DNA of 62,880 nucleotides, counting the filler, from Octopus bimaculoides (taxonomy: Eukaryota): assembly GCF_001194135.2 (NCBI RefSeq). It is 6 parts of 6 records of this genome, joined end to end, with 100 filler letters (N's around TTAATTAATTAA, not from the genome) between each part and the next. Parts side by side here need not be neighbours in the genome. Positions count along the whole stretch, not along the records: positions 1 to 25,971 come from NC_068985.1; positions 26,072 to 42,932 come from NC_068999.1; 4 more parts are not named here. The stretch is one strand, 5' to 3'. The position numbers and the translations under genes are program-made. Every line of letters begins with the position of its first letter. The first letter of the stretch is position 1. The notes beneath the pieces are model-generated. The model worked only from the letters and a program-made list of their open reading frames with translations, was not told where the DNA came from and searched no databases. Below are positions 14,041 through 26,111 of the stretch, one piece after another.

Positions 14041-16300
14041 AGTTAAAAATGGAGGAGACAAGTTGTTAAAATATATAAGATGATTAATTCTTGCAGACGA
14101 TCGTTTCGTACAAGGATATAAATAATAATGTAAATTCATTACTAAAAAATAAATTAAATTAATTACATTAGTTACATGTCAACGTACGCTTCAGTGCAGG
14201 AAGTAAAAACCATAATGCAAAGAACTTGAGAAGGAATATAGCAGAAAAATTGAACCTAGGAGATTCATATTTTTATCCGTGTTGGAAAGAGTTGTGTCAT
14301 ATCGGATAAATAACCATAAATAACGGCTACAACAGATATTTGAAGTTATAAGTAAAGAGGTATCATAGACGTTCCCTCTATAGATGAGTATAGAAATTAG
14401 ATATTTAAGCACCAAATAAGTATCGTTGTGCAAACATGTATTAAAGATGTCAAATGGGGCGACACTCCTATGTTTGAATTAGACGATGAGCTAACCGTTG
14501 AAATCATTACGTAGTATAATGTATTCTTAAAAAGTATTTCTAAACATAAGAATGAAGTTTAGCGTGAGGATTTGGTATATAAGAAGTCAATACTAGATAG
14601 TTAACGTAAATAAATTGTAGGAGAAATAGAGAGAAAAGAATGAGTTAAAGATAGAAAATTATGTGTATAAGGCATTCATGTTTGCATAAAAAATCATATT
14701 AGGTAATATGTATTAATGATAGAGCAGAAAAAAAGTAAGTAAAAACAGAAAGACAGTTGTTAATATTACAATTAAAATAGTGTATGTACTTGCTGTGTCT
14801 ATAAGGATAAAAAAGTTAAATTGTAATTGTAAATAAAGATAGCTATACTTAAAAAATAAAAAATAATAAATGTAGGGAAGATAAATGAACGGAGGAAGAG
14901 AAGAGCAAAATATATATATATATATTTAAAGCTAAGGATATTGATGTGTCAGGTTATACAGTAGCTGTGTTTTAGTATAAATATAAAAAAAGATTATTTT
15001 AGAGGTAATAATCTAGCTTAGTATTATATGCTAAGGATATTTAATGGTAGTAGGGTCGTAGTGGTATTCAAGCTGTATGGGTGTAGTGCCAGGAATAATG
15101 GAAGAAAAAGTACGAGTAGTCAGGTACGCATAAGTGTACAAACAATTTACACATAATATAGGAGAAATATAATCTAATAAGGAGAAGAGTGTGTGTATAT
15201 TTACTCATTCGTGCGTATAGGCATTTTTGTACATTAGTATATATAAATACAGGAATTATTGTAGATGTACGATTAAGGTATACATATAAAAATTTTATAC
15301 ACAGTACAAATATACCCATACCGGTGCAAGGAGAGAAAGGGCAGCACATATATAGATATAAATACACACATATAAGAAATTGTGTATACATGCATGCGAA
15401 ATATGCATATATACGCAGATACACACGTTCATATTAATATACAAGCCATTATCTACATATAAAAATCAAATACATATCTATAGATATACAGACATAGATA
15501 ACATACAAGATCAATACCTAGATGTGCATACATGGGTGTAGACATCTAGCCAACATCATGGTGTTTCGAGTGATCACGAGTGACGGTGACGTTATGCCTC
15601 CATTCATCTTTCTACACGGCGTCACACTCAAAATGGAGACCTACATCAAGTGCCTGGAAGAGGTAGTGCTGCCATGGTTCAAGAGAGTGGCTGCTAGAAG
15701 TCCCTATGTCTGGCAACAGGACTCTACACCATGCCACATAAGCAGGAGAGCCCAGTGGCAATTTTATTGAATAAATTTACTCCTAAGTATTTGAAGATAT
15801 TTTAATGCAATTTCGGTAAATATGCTTGTTAAAATGAGATGTCAGTGTTATTTTCAGTCTTGCGCAATTTAGACGACCATATATTCACACCACCCTCTAT
15901 ATAACAATTAGTGAGTGATTATCAATCCGTCAAAATACTTCATAAGCACTCTGTTGGTACTCCAGGTTGACAATATTACTTAGATAAGTAAAGAACTTCA
16001 AGTAGTATTTTGGTAGGCTCCCAAGCTATGGTTCATCACAATTTAATATTGGTAATCCGTGGATGGGCTTCAGATTCATTGGCTTTTACAGAATGATATA
16101 TAAGAACCAAATTAAAAATAATGGTCATTACACTCCAGAAATGGGTCCGACGAAAGTAGCATTAATTCTCTTTGGTCGATCAATTTACCTCAATTGAGCA
16201 ATAGTCAAATCAAGTAAACCTATCTATAATGTACCTATTATGACTACTGGAAGCAGCTGGAAACCAAATTTGCTCGAATAAAAGAACTATTTGTAATGAC
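14041..16300 (+). pseudogene. Unidentified fossil coding-like segments
   Basis: Stop-interrupted frames such as CKELEKEYSRKIEPRRFIFLSVLERVVSYRINNHK*RLQQIFEVISKEVS* (from 14216) and YFGRLPSYGSSQFNIGNPWMGFRFIGFYRMIYKNQIKNNGHYTPEWVRRK* (about 16007-16159). No family recognised. Confidence 0.3.
15545..15765 (+). mobile_element. Tc1/mariner transposase DDD-domain fragment, maT (DD37D)-like
   Basis: NIMVFRVITSDGDVMPPFIF...YIKCLEEVVLPWFKRVAARSPYVWQQDSTPCH matches the known VMVxGVVSSEGDVMPPHFF...YVxQQDSAPxH pattern around the second catalytic D. Confidence 0.88.
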
Positions 16301-17514
16301 CATTATTTTAAACTTATTTTTTTATATACATATTTATATTTATATGTATGCTTTATGTATGTATGTATGTATGTATGTATGTATCTATGTATTAATTTAT
16401 AATATGGTCTACTAAAAGTCTCCGTCTAAAAATTATACCAAACAATATAGGACATTATTGTCGACACGTAACATCTTTCACACGAATAACAGAAGTTGCC
16501 TTATTAGAAATACTATTGTAACCAGGCACAACTTCAATTAAATCAATTCCCAGGCTTTATTTAATTTCACACAAATACACAAAAAACGCACACACAAATA
16601 CATACACAAATACACACACATACACATACACGCGCGCGTACATACATAGTTCTACTCATTCATGTGTGTAGGTTTGTGTATTCATATATATAAACAAACA
16701 CATATATATATATATTTTCATATACATATATGCATTATAGCAACTCTTTTTTAAATTCCCTGTTTACTTAAACAGTAATGTATTTTCTAAGTTTTCTTTC
16801 TTATCTTATATACTTGGTAAACTTGCTTCACACTTTATTACATTTACTTGTTTACTACAAGTTGCCATCTGCTTAACTGATAAGATAATGAAGAGAGAAA
16901 ATATCAATGAATCAATAAAGAAATTAAGAGGGTAGAAGAAAGGAAGAAACAAAGATACAATTGAGAAGGTAGGGCATACTAACTCAAGAGTCACTGGTTT
17001 ATATAGTATTATGGTCTCGTATAGTTTCGTTCTATATTTTAGTCCGTATAAATAACACTGGATTAGGTATACGAGTTTACACAAATGCATGTAAACAAGA
17101 ACCTATATATTCGTTTATGTACATATGTATGTCTGTGTGTGCCTTTTTGCCTGTGTTTGCCTCCTCCACTCCACTTGATAGATGGTGATGGTTTATATAC
17201 GCCCTCGTCAATTAACGGTTTGGATATATATATATNNNNNNNNNNNNNNNNNNNNNNNNNNNNNNNNNNNNNNNNNNNNNNNNNNNNNNNNNNNNNNNNN
17301 NNNNNNNNNNNNNNNNNNNNNNNNNNNNNNNNNNNNNNNNNNNNNNNNNNNNNNNNNNNNNNNNNNNNNNNNNNNNNNNNNNNNNNNNNNNNNNNNNNNN
17401 NNNNNNNNNNNNNNNNNNNNNNNNNNNNNNNNNNNNNNNNNNNNNNNNNNNNNNNNNNNNNNNNNNNNNNNNNNNNNNNNNNNNNNNNNNNNNNNNNNNN
17501 NNNNNNNNNNNNNN

Positions 17515-18365
17515 AAACGCCCTTTCCTGGGTTATGTGGAGAAGGAAGGTACTTCTTTGCGAAGTAACTTTCAGAAATTGATAGTCTCCCTTACATCCAT
17601 TGGTCAATAAATTATCACAATCTCAATTGGCTGTGTGAAAGAGTAATAGTGGCTGCAATAAACAGTACTGTAAGTAAAATTAATGAGCAGCTGCTGCAGT
17701 ACCTTCCTGTAAGTCTTCACATCTATACCTCGGTTGATACAATCCCAGATCCAGAAGAGGTGGTAAATTATCTAACAGAATGTCTCAACTCATTGGAGCC
17801 TCCAGGACTACCTCCCCACAGATTGGAACTCGAGTAATGTTATTGAGGAATTTGGATCTACCAACACTCTACAATGGGACACGCCTGGTGGTAAAGAAAA
17901 TGATGCTACATGTTATCGAGGTAACCATTCTCTCTAGATGTGGAAAAGAAGGATGTTTCATGCCCAGAATTCCTTTTTCAATCAAAAGAGTGCAATTTTC
18001 TATTCGTATCACCTTCGCAATGTCTATCAATAAATTCAAGGGTCAAGCACTGTCTGTGGTAGAACTTCACTAGGAAGAGTCATGCTTTTCACACGAGCAC
18101 TTAAATATTAGCTACTCTAGAGTGGGAAGCAAAAAAAATATATTTGCATTTGTTCCACAACGGAAAACAAAGAATATTGCTGACCAAGAGGTTTTGCAGG
18201 AATTACGATGCCCTCCAGTATCCACTGTTCTTTGTGAATGGTGGTGATGTATACCATTTCAGCATAATACTAACAAACCCGAAGACTGCATCAACAAAGC
18301 ACTTTCCTGTATGGACTTCAGTATCAAAGCATATTCTCCAATTACTCCCACCAACCATGTGGTAA
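17515..18365 (+). mobile_element. Decayed Helitron: PIF1-family helicase C-terminus followed by a Rep-region fragment
   Basis: NWLCERVIVAAIN...NYLTECLNSLEPPGLPPHRLEL / VMLLRNLDLPTLYNGTRLVVKKM...RVQFSIRITFAMSINKFKGQAL...CFSHEHLNISYSRVG...KTKNI are canonical Helitron helicase motifs, with frameshifts and stops. YDALQYPLFFVNGGDVYHFSI follows at 18204. Confidence 0.92.
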
Positions 18366-18516
18366 GCCATTACGTCTTATTTTTGAAGTAATTCATTACT
18401 ACATATAATCTCATGCGATTGCATAGGCTCAGTTTATGTTTCTTATTCTACAGCCACACCAGTAATCCAATGTCACCCTTTCACCTTCTGCAATATTTCA
18501 ACAGTTCACTTCCCCG

Positions 18517-18895
18517 TTACCGTCTCCTGATGTAGCCCCTTTCTGGAATGTACACATTTACGTACAATATCTTCATTACACCTTCGTTCATTCCACTGTC
18601 AATCATACAATGTGTAATATTAGATGCAGCGCCGACCGCCGCAAATGAAAATGTATCCACTGACAGCTTTTCAGTGCGTTCAAAAATCACATAAACCCCA
18701 CCCTCAATTTTCCATGACAGGTTAGGAATCCACCAAACGGACGCATGCCATGCCACTTAGTCGAATTAGCCCATCATTTACTCCACAAATGTTTTGTCAT
18801 CAATGCCGCACTTTTCGGTATCGCATGTTTCAACATAACTGTATTATATAAACAAACTATACCATATCAGTCTCGAACAATGCCGGGAATCTCTG

Positions 18896-18959
<64 letters not shown>

Positions 18960-19700
18960 TAGATAAAGATATTTTAAGTTAAGCCCCGTTAATTGTTCAC
19001 GAAACAAATTGCATATTAATCACAACAAAATTTTTCATTCTTCTAACTGCTGTTTAACCAAGACTGTTTTAAATTTGCTTAATGCAATTTTTGACACTAT
19101 CAATAACACTACGAAAAAATTGCCACGGGATTTCATCGCAGTTGAGCACAAGCGTTTCTGTTCGTTGAATTCTTGTTATTCTGAGTGAAATGAATATGAG
19201 CAAATCGGCATTTCAGGAAATACTCGATGTAACTGCGCCCCACATAATAATCCCATAATAATCAAGTTCTTCACCACCCAGTCTCCTCTTTGCACACCTG
19301 ATTTCACCGAAAAAAGATATTGGTGCCACTTTCATCGCATCTATCGAATCTCCAAAGTCTTCATATTTTTAGACAACTTTTACCCTTCTACTACTCACTG
19401 TTCCATTTCTTTCAGAAAACTTAATATTTGTCTTACTTTATACGAAAATATATGCGCAACCATCTACGGAATAAATAAGATTGCTACAGTATTCGCAACA
19501 GTAACATCAATTGTACGCGATGCCTTAAAACATCATTTTATTTATCTTAACACCTTAATAGCCTCCTCCGCTACCATTCTGTTAGGGAACGTCGATACAT
19601 TAGCAGAAGCAAATGATAAGCATTCATTGTAATCTATGTAAAACCTAGCACGAATACCATAAAACGACAGTTGTCCTTTAAAGATCACAGTGGAAAAACG
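18517..19700 (-). pseudogene. Unidentified fossil coding-like segment
   Basis: Long minus-strand frames, e.g. about 97 codons with one internal TGA (EDFGDSIDAMKVAPISFFGEIRCAKRRLGGEELDYYGIIMWGAVTSSIS*NADLL...VKNCIKQI*). Split by a (GT)n run at about 18899-18956. Confidence 0.4.
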
Positions 19701-20129
19701 AATTCAGTTTATACAAATAATATGCTCTAGACCACTTTCTCACAATGCAGTTGCACGCACACACAGTAACTGTCACAAACACCTATATTCATGTATGTAT
19801 GTATATATGAATGCATACATGTATAATGCAGGTTATACNNNNNNNNNNNNNNNNNNNNNNNNNNNNNNNNNNNNNNNNNNNNNNNNNNNNNNNNNNNNNN
19901 NNNNNNNNNNNNNNNNNNNNNNNNNNNNNNNNNNNNNNNNNNNNNNNNNNNNNNNNNNNNNNNNNNNNNNNNNNNNNNNNNNNNNNNNNNNNNNNNNNNN
20001 NNNNNNNNNNNNNNNNNNNNNNNNNNNNNNNNNNNNNNNNNNNNNNNNNNNNNNNNNNNNNNATATTCATTTATACACACACATACATGCATATATATAT
20101 ATATATATGGTAAAAATCAATACATATAC

Positions 20130-20161
<32 letters not shown>

Positions 20162-20600
20162 TGATTTCTGCCATATTTTCTTTAGCCTCTAAACTTTTAA
20201 CACTCAGTAGCTTAGTAAGACATTTTTATCACCTCGATGTAAATTAATGCCAAAATATCTCCAAAATATATAACCACACAGCTAGAGACAAGTAAACAGA
20301 ACAGTTATGACAAGATATAAATTTTTATAGAAATGAAATTAACGTTATCAATTGATTTTATCACACACGTGGCTCTGCTAAATACAGGTTGTGAATTATT
20401 GGCGTACCCACAAAACAAAATAATAGAAAATGCTCAGTTGTTTTTTTCCTATGCTGAAATGACTCAATTTAAACATAATATTAAATTGTATGTTGTGACT
20501 TTCATGCTACTTATTTTTGTTATTGTTGCATTTTTTTTTCATAATGAAGTATCTTAATAAAATAAAATATTGTTCTATATTTAATAGACGAGGAATCATG

Positions 20601-20859
20601 TACATTATTTACATTATTTATATTATTTACATCTGACGGATATTTGTCCTCATCTTGTTTGTTGTTAACACGTTTCGACTGATATACCCTCTAGCCTTTA
20701 TCAGGCGTCTTGGGAAAATTTCGAACCTGGGTTCTCATTCCTAAGGTATTTTTCGATGTTATTATTATTATTATTATTATTATTCAGGTAACTGCCTGGA
20801 ATCGAACTCAGAATATTGGGGTTAGTAGCCCGCACTCTTAACCACTACGCCATATGCCC
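20601..20859 (-). mobile_element. tRNA-headed SINE (family C) with (AAT)n linker and Penelope-like hammerhead-bearing tail
   Basis: Minus strand: gggcataTGGCGTAGTGGttaag (A box), gaGTTCGATTCC (B box), (AAT)n, then cCTGATAAaggcta...cagtcGAAACGT, ending in (aatgtaaat)n. Confidence 0.8.
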
Positions 20860-21017
20860 GAATTGTATTTAAAATTGCTGTAGCGAATCGTGAATTGGAC
20901 TCAAATAATGAAATGTATTTATTTTTTAAATATTATATTTTTATTCGTGAAAACAATACCATCGCTCTGCTGGGGAGTTACTTATTACCCGCTACATACT
21001 TGTAGTTCTATCTCTCT

Positions 21018-21082
<65 letters not shown>

Positions 21083-21275
21083 TGTGTATGTGCGTGTGTG
21101 CGTGTGTAAATTCGCGTGTATTGTGTGTGTGTGTGTGTATGTATGCGTATGTGTGTGTGTGTGTGCATTTGTGTACAATTCTGTGTAAATTCATGTAGGT
21201 TAAAGTCTTAATAGTGTAAATATCCAGGAATAGGCGCGAACGTATCGACGTTCCCCCCTAACAGAATGGTAGCGG

Positions 21276-21471
21276 TGGTGGGAGGACAAACACAGACACA
21301 CAAACGTATACGGGCTTCTTTCAGTTTCCGTCTACCAAATCCACTCACCAAATCTACCAAATCCACTTTGGTCGGCCCTAGGCTATAAGAGAAGACACTT
21401 ACCCAAGGTACCACGCAGTGGGACTGAACTTGGAACCATGTGGTTGGGAAGCAGGTTGCTCATTTTCCATA
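21276..21471 (-). mobile_element. SINE family A partial copy (local duplicate of 21720-21914)
   Basis: Reverse complement of the family A 5' half; nearly identical to 21720-21914. Confidence 0.88.
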
Positions 21472-21644
21472 TTGAGAGGTTAAGAGAAATAAAAAATAAA
21501 TAAATAGAGAAGTAGTGAGAGTGAGGGAGGAAAGCAAGGGTTGGTATTAAGGATAAAATAAGGTATATAAGAATAGAGTGTGCAAAAATATGGTGCACAA
21601 AAATAACCAAGAAGATAAATAAAGAAAGAAAGAAAGAAAGAAAA

Positions 21645-21914
21645 CTTATTCTATTGGTCTGTTATGCCGAACCGCTAGGTTACGGGGACGTAAACACACT
21701 AGCATCAGTTGTCAAGCGATGGTGGGAGGACAAACACAGACACACAAACGTATACGGGCTTCTTTCAGTTTCCGTCTACCAATCCACTCACCAAATCTAC
21801 CAAATCCACTTTGGTCGGCCCTAGGCTATAAGAGAAGACACTTACCCAAGGTGCCACGCAGTAGGACTGAACTTGGAACCATGTGGTTGGGAAGCAGGTT
21901 GCTCATATTCCATA
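21645..21914 (-). mobile_element. SINE family A partial copy
   Basis: Reverse complement aligns with about 6540-6870 (ccaaccacatggttccaagttcagtcctactgcgtggcaccttgggtaagtgtcttctc...). Confidence 0.88.
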
Positions 21915-22019
21915 AATGGACAACCGTGTACCTATGTAATAAAACAGGATTATAACTATTATCGGGGTCGTGCTTGTGCAGAATTGATAGAGCAAAGACT
22001 AAGCGACGTAGTGTAGATA

Positions 22020-22170
22020 CTTATGCTTCTTTACGTTCGAATTTGTACTCTCGCCAACTTTGATTTTCCTTTCATCTACTTCGGTTTCTTGAAGTAAGTA
22101 CTAGGTGAGTCCTGACATCAATCAAGTCTGATGTATACCTTCTATAAGTACAGTACCTTATGCCAATACT
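22020..22170 (+). mobile_element. Highly degenerate SINE family B copy
   Basis: tttacgttcgaatttgtactctcgccaactttgattttcctttcatctacttcggtttc is colinear with the family B core. Confidence 0.4.
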
Positions 22171-23298
22171 AATTTTATTATTACAAACTCCTCTAGATTC
22201 GTACCAAAGCCACATTTATCCCATGATTCAGGCAAATTCAAGAGGACGGTTATATGCACATGCTATGACTAAATTGTAACTGACATATTGCTTGGCAACA
22301 CAACTTATTTCGGTGAATATTTCCACCATTACAACTGATGTCGACACCATATTGTTTCGCTCTCCTTGCTGCGAATATAATAGATTTTTACTTCGCCAAC
22401 AATAAATTATCCGCTGTTACTAACGCACAAACGTTAACAAACTGAGCGATAGATGCACACACTAATATACACATATACACTAATGCAACGGTTTATGATA
22501 AAGAGTAAGAATTATTAAATTATACATAATTGATTGATTTTGCCTGTGAGGAATGAAGTGTTATTGCGCTTGTGTATATTCCTCTATGTGTGCGCGTGTA
22601 TGAATATATGTGTGTGATCTTATGTGTATGTGTGTGTGTGTGGTGTTTGATCGAGTGTATGTGTGTGTGATTGTATGTATGAGTGAATGTGTGTTAATAT
22701 GTTAATGTTAAGAGGGATGTTAGTATTCGAGTTCGCTTACATGTAGAGGTCGTACAGCGTAGAAACAATTTCATTATAGACCTATATGCGGCGTGTGTGT
22801 GTGTGGCACGAATATATCTATCCATCTATCTATCTACTTATCTATTTACGTATATATTTACATAGATGATAGATAGATATAGACATATATAGATATATAG
22901 ATATAGATATATTCTATATATACATATAGAGGCATGTATACGCTAATTTATGTCAGTAGATATATATATATATGTATATATATATANNNNNNNNNNNNNN
23001 NNNNNNNNNNNNNNNNNNNNNNNNNNNNNNNNNNNNNNNNNNNNNNNNNNNNNNNNNNNNNNNNNNNNNNNNNNNNNNNNNNNNNNNNNNNNNNNNNNNN
23101 NNNNNNNNNNNNNNNNNNNNNNNNNNNNNNNNNNNNNNNNNNNNNNNNNNNNNNNNNNNNNNNNNNNNNNNNNNNNNNNNNNNNNNNNNNNNNNNNNNNN
23201 NNNNNNNNNNNNNNNNNNNNNNNNNNNNNNNNNNNNNNNNNNNNNNNNNNNNNNNNNNNNNNNNNNNNNNNNNNNNNNNNNNNNNNNNNNNNNNNGGC

Positions 23299-23329
<31 letters not shown>

Positions 23330-23369
23330 TAGATAGATAGCTAACTAGATAGATAGATAGACAGACAGG

Positions 23370-23451
<82 letters not shown>

Positions 23452-25242
23452 TACAAGCATGCACATATATGTATGCACATTAAAAGCTAAAATACATAAA
23501 TACCGGGGCACCCAATGTAGTTTTATGGAAATACGGATTTCCAAAAATACAATTACTGGAAAATAGCAGTAAACAGAACTTCCTAGAATGCTCTACAGAC
23601 AAGAGATAACGTTGACGAATAATAATAGAATGGTGTGTAGACTACAGGAATAAAATAATTGCAGCTTATATAGGTGTAAATATCTTAAGAAATAATAGTT
23701 TGCTAATTTTGAGAAAAATATAAATTTCTAGCTGCAAGAGTGGCAAAATTGTACATGTTAAAGAACTTTTCAATTGTTAAAGAACTTTTCAATTTGAATT
23801 CTGCTATATTATACATTCAAGGTGTATGTAGATGTATATAGGTATGTGTGTGCGCGGCGTGTGTGTCTATGCGTACGGAGATATTTATACGCAATGACTT
23901 GTCAGAATACACCTTGAATGTAGAGCACAACAGAATTAAGTACAGAATTCCATGAACAACAGTTTGACTAAGATGCTTTGCAGATTAACTGAATGAAAAA
24001 TATAAGTAGAATTCATTTATAGTTTTCCGGAATATACAGTGTTTCTGAAAACTGGTTCAATCTAGAAATATCGTCAGCTAGCTCAGATACATCCTGAAGA
24101 AATCCAAATTTCCCAAGACTTTACACATACATTGCTGTGAACTCAACAGTCACGAGGAGTAAGAGAAAGCTTGAAACTTAGTAAACACTATATATACATT
24201 TTGAGCAATGTGAACCACGGTTTGTGAAGCATGCGTCCGTGTCTATGGCTGTATCTGTACTTATATTTGTTACTCTTGTAAATAGAGAATTATGGAGTAC
24301 CTATATGTTTCAATAACTTGATATGACTTATTTCACCATATCTAGTTTATTGGGTCATATGATTTATTTTAATTTTTCCTTCATTGAATACTCATTTTAT
24401 TTTACCCTCCTATAACCTTGATTGACTCCATCGTAAATTCCTTTCAAACAATATTTGAAATCGATACAAAAAACTATCAGTAGCTTTATCTTTAATTACT
24501 GTTGCCCTTCTTTTGAAAATATTGTCTTCCTTTTGAATATTCATGAGTTATATTAATTATATATGTTTTTATATCAATTAATCTTGCGAATTTTTTNNNN
24601 NNNNNNNNNNNNNNNNNNNNNNNNNNNNNNNNNNNNNNNNNNNNNNNNNNNNNNNNNNNNNNNNNNNNNNNNNNNNNNNNNNNNNNNNNNNNNNNNNNNN
24701 NNNNNNNNNNNNNNNNNNNNNNNNNNNNNNNNNNNNNNNNNNNNNNNNNNNNNNNNNNNNNNNNNNNNNNNNNNNNNNNNNNNNNNNNNNNNNNNNNNNN
24801 NNNNNNNNNNNNNNNNNNNNNNNNNNNNNNNNNNNNNNNNNNNNNNNNNNNNNNNNNNNNNNNNNNNNNNNNNNNNNNNNNNNNNNNNNNNNNNNNNNNN
24901 NNNNNNNNNNNNNNNNNNNNNNNNNNNNNNNNNNNNNNNNNNNNNNNNNNNNNNNNNNNNNNNNNNNNNNNNNNNNNNNNNNNNNNNNNNNNNNNNNNNN
25001 NNNNNNNNNNNNNNNNNNNNNNNNNNNNNNNNNNNNNNNNNNNNNNNNNNNNNNNNNNNNNNNNNNNNNNNNNNNNNNNNNNNNNNNNNNNNNNNNNNNN
25101 NNNNNNNNNNNNNNNNNNNNNNNNNNNNNNNNNNNNNNNNNNNNNNNNNNNNNNNNNNNNNNNNNNNNNNNNNNNNNNNNNNNNNNNNNNNNNNNNNNNN
25201 NNNNNNNNNNNNNNNNNNNNNNNNNNNNNNNNNNNNNNNNNN

Positions 25243-25345
25243 ATCCTTTCGGGGTCGAAAGATTAAGTACCAATTATGTACTGGAGTCGATTTAATCGAC
25301 TGGACCCCTCCCCCAAAATTTCGGGCCTTGTGCCTAGAGTAGAAA
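25243..25345 (+). mobile_element. SINE family B 3' part (type-2 tail), truncated by gap
   Basis: atcctttcggggtcgaaagattaagtacc...cccctcccccaaaatttcgggccttgtgcctagagtagaaaag. Confidence 0.88.
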
Positions 25346-25930
25346 AGATTATTTTTGACGCTTAATAAAGTTTCTTAATACAGTCCAATAACACAAAACG
25401 TGAGAAGGTATATATGCCACCTTGACTTAACATAATATGTTTGATATAAATATGTCAGCTAACCAAATATGGAGAAACTTCGCATGCAGCATTTGCAATG
25501 TTTCTTCGAGTAAAAGAGTGATGTCAAGCATTAGTAATGTGAATAGATTTATTATAGCAAAATCATAGTATTGTGCTTTACCAACGCCTACACTGTCAGA
25601 TAAATTAGACAACTATGTTAGACACTGTGAATACTATGGAAGTTTTATTCATAATTATTACTAATTTCCGGTGAAAACAAAAGAGAGTAATCGACACCTA
25701 TTGAAGTGGTAATAATCTTTGAAACTAGTCAGATCGCACTCTTTTCTGGACATATGAAAAAGTTATATAGTTCATCCATGAAGTCGGCAATGTTAAAATG
25801 AAGCTATATATGCATGCAGTTACACACATATGGGTGCGTACATTCTTGAAACCATATATACAAACACATACATGTACGCACGTACACACTCGTGCACGCA
25901 CAAACACACAGACAGACACGCACAAACATA

Positions 25931-25971
<41 letters not shown>

Positions 25972-26015
25972 NNNNNNNNNNNNNNNNNNNNNNNNNNNNN
26001 NNNNNNNNNNNNNNN

Positions 26016-26027
26016 TTAATTAATTAA
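26016..26027. other. Artificial assembly spacer TTAATTAATTAA (also 42977-42988, 45382-45393, 57693-57704, 59851-59862)
   Basis: Each is flanked by exactly 44 N on both sides (100 bp total) and encodes stops in all six frames. Confidence 0.95.
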
Positions 26028-26071
26028 NNNNNNNNNNNNNNNNNNNNNNNNNNNNNNNNNNNNNNNNNNNN

Positions 26072-26111
<40 letters not shown>

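Noticed and set aside
17649-18073. Host PIF1 helicase gene
   Set aside because: Intron-less, frameshifted, stop-containing and followed by a Helitron Rep-region motif.
26016-26027. TTAATTAATTAA as piggyBac TTAA sites, PacI sites or a homeobox array
   Set aside because: Exact N44 flanks at all five sites show a synthetic linker.
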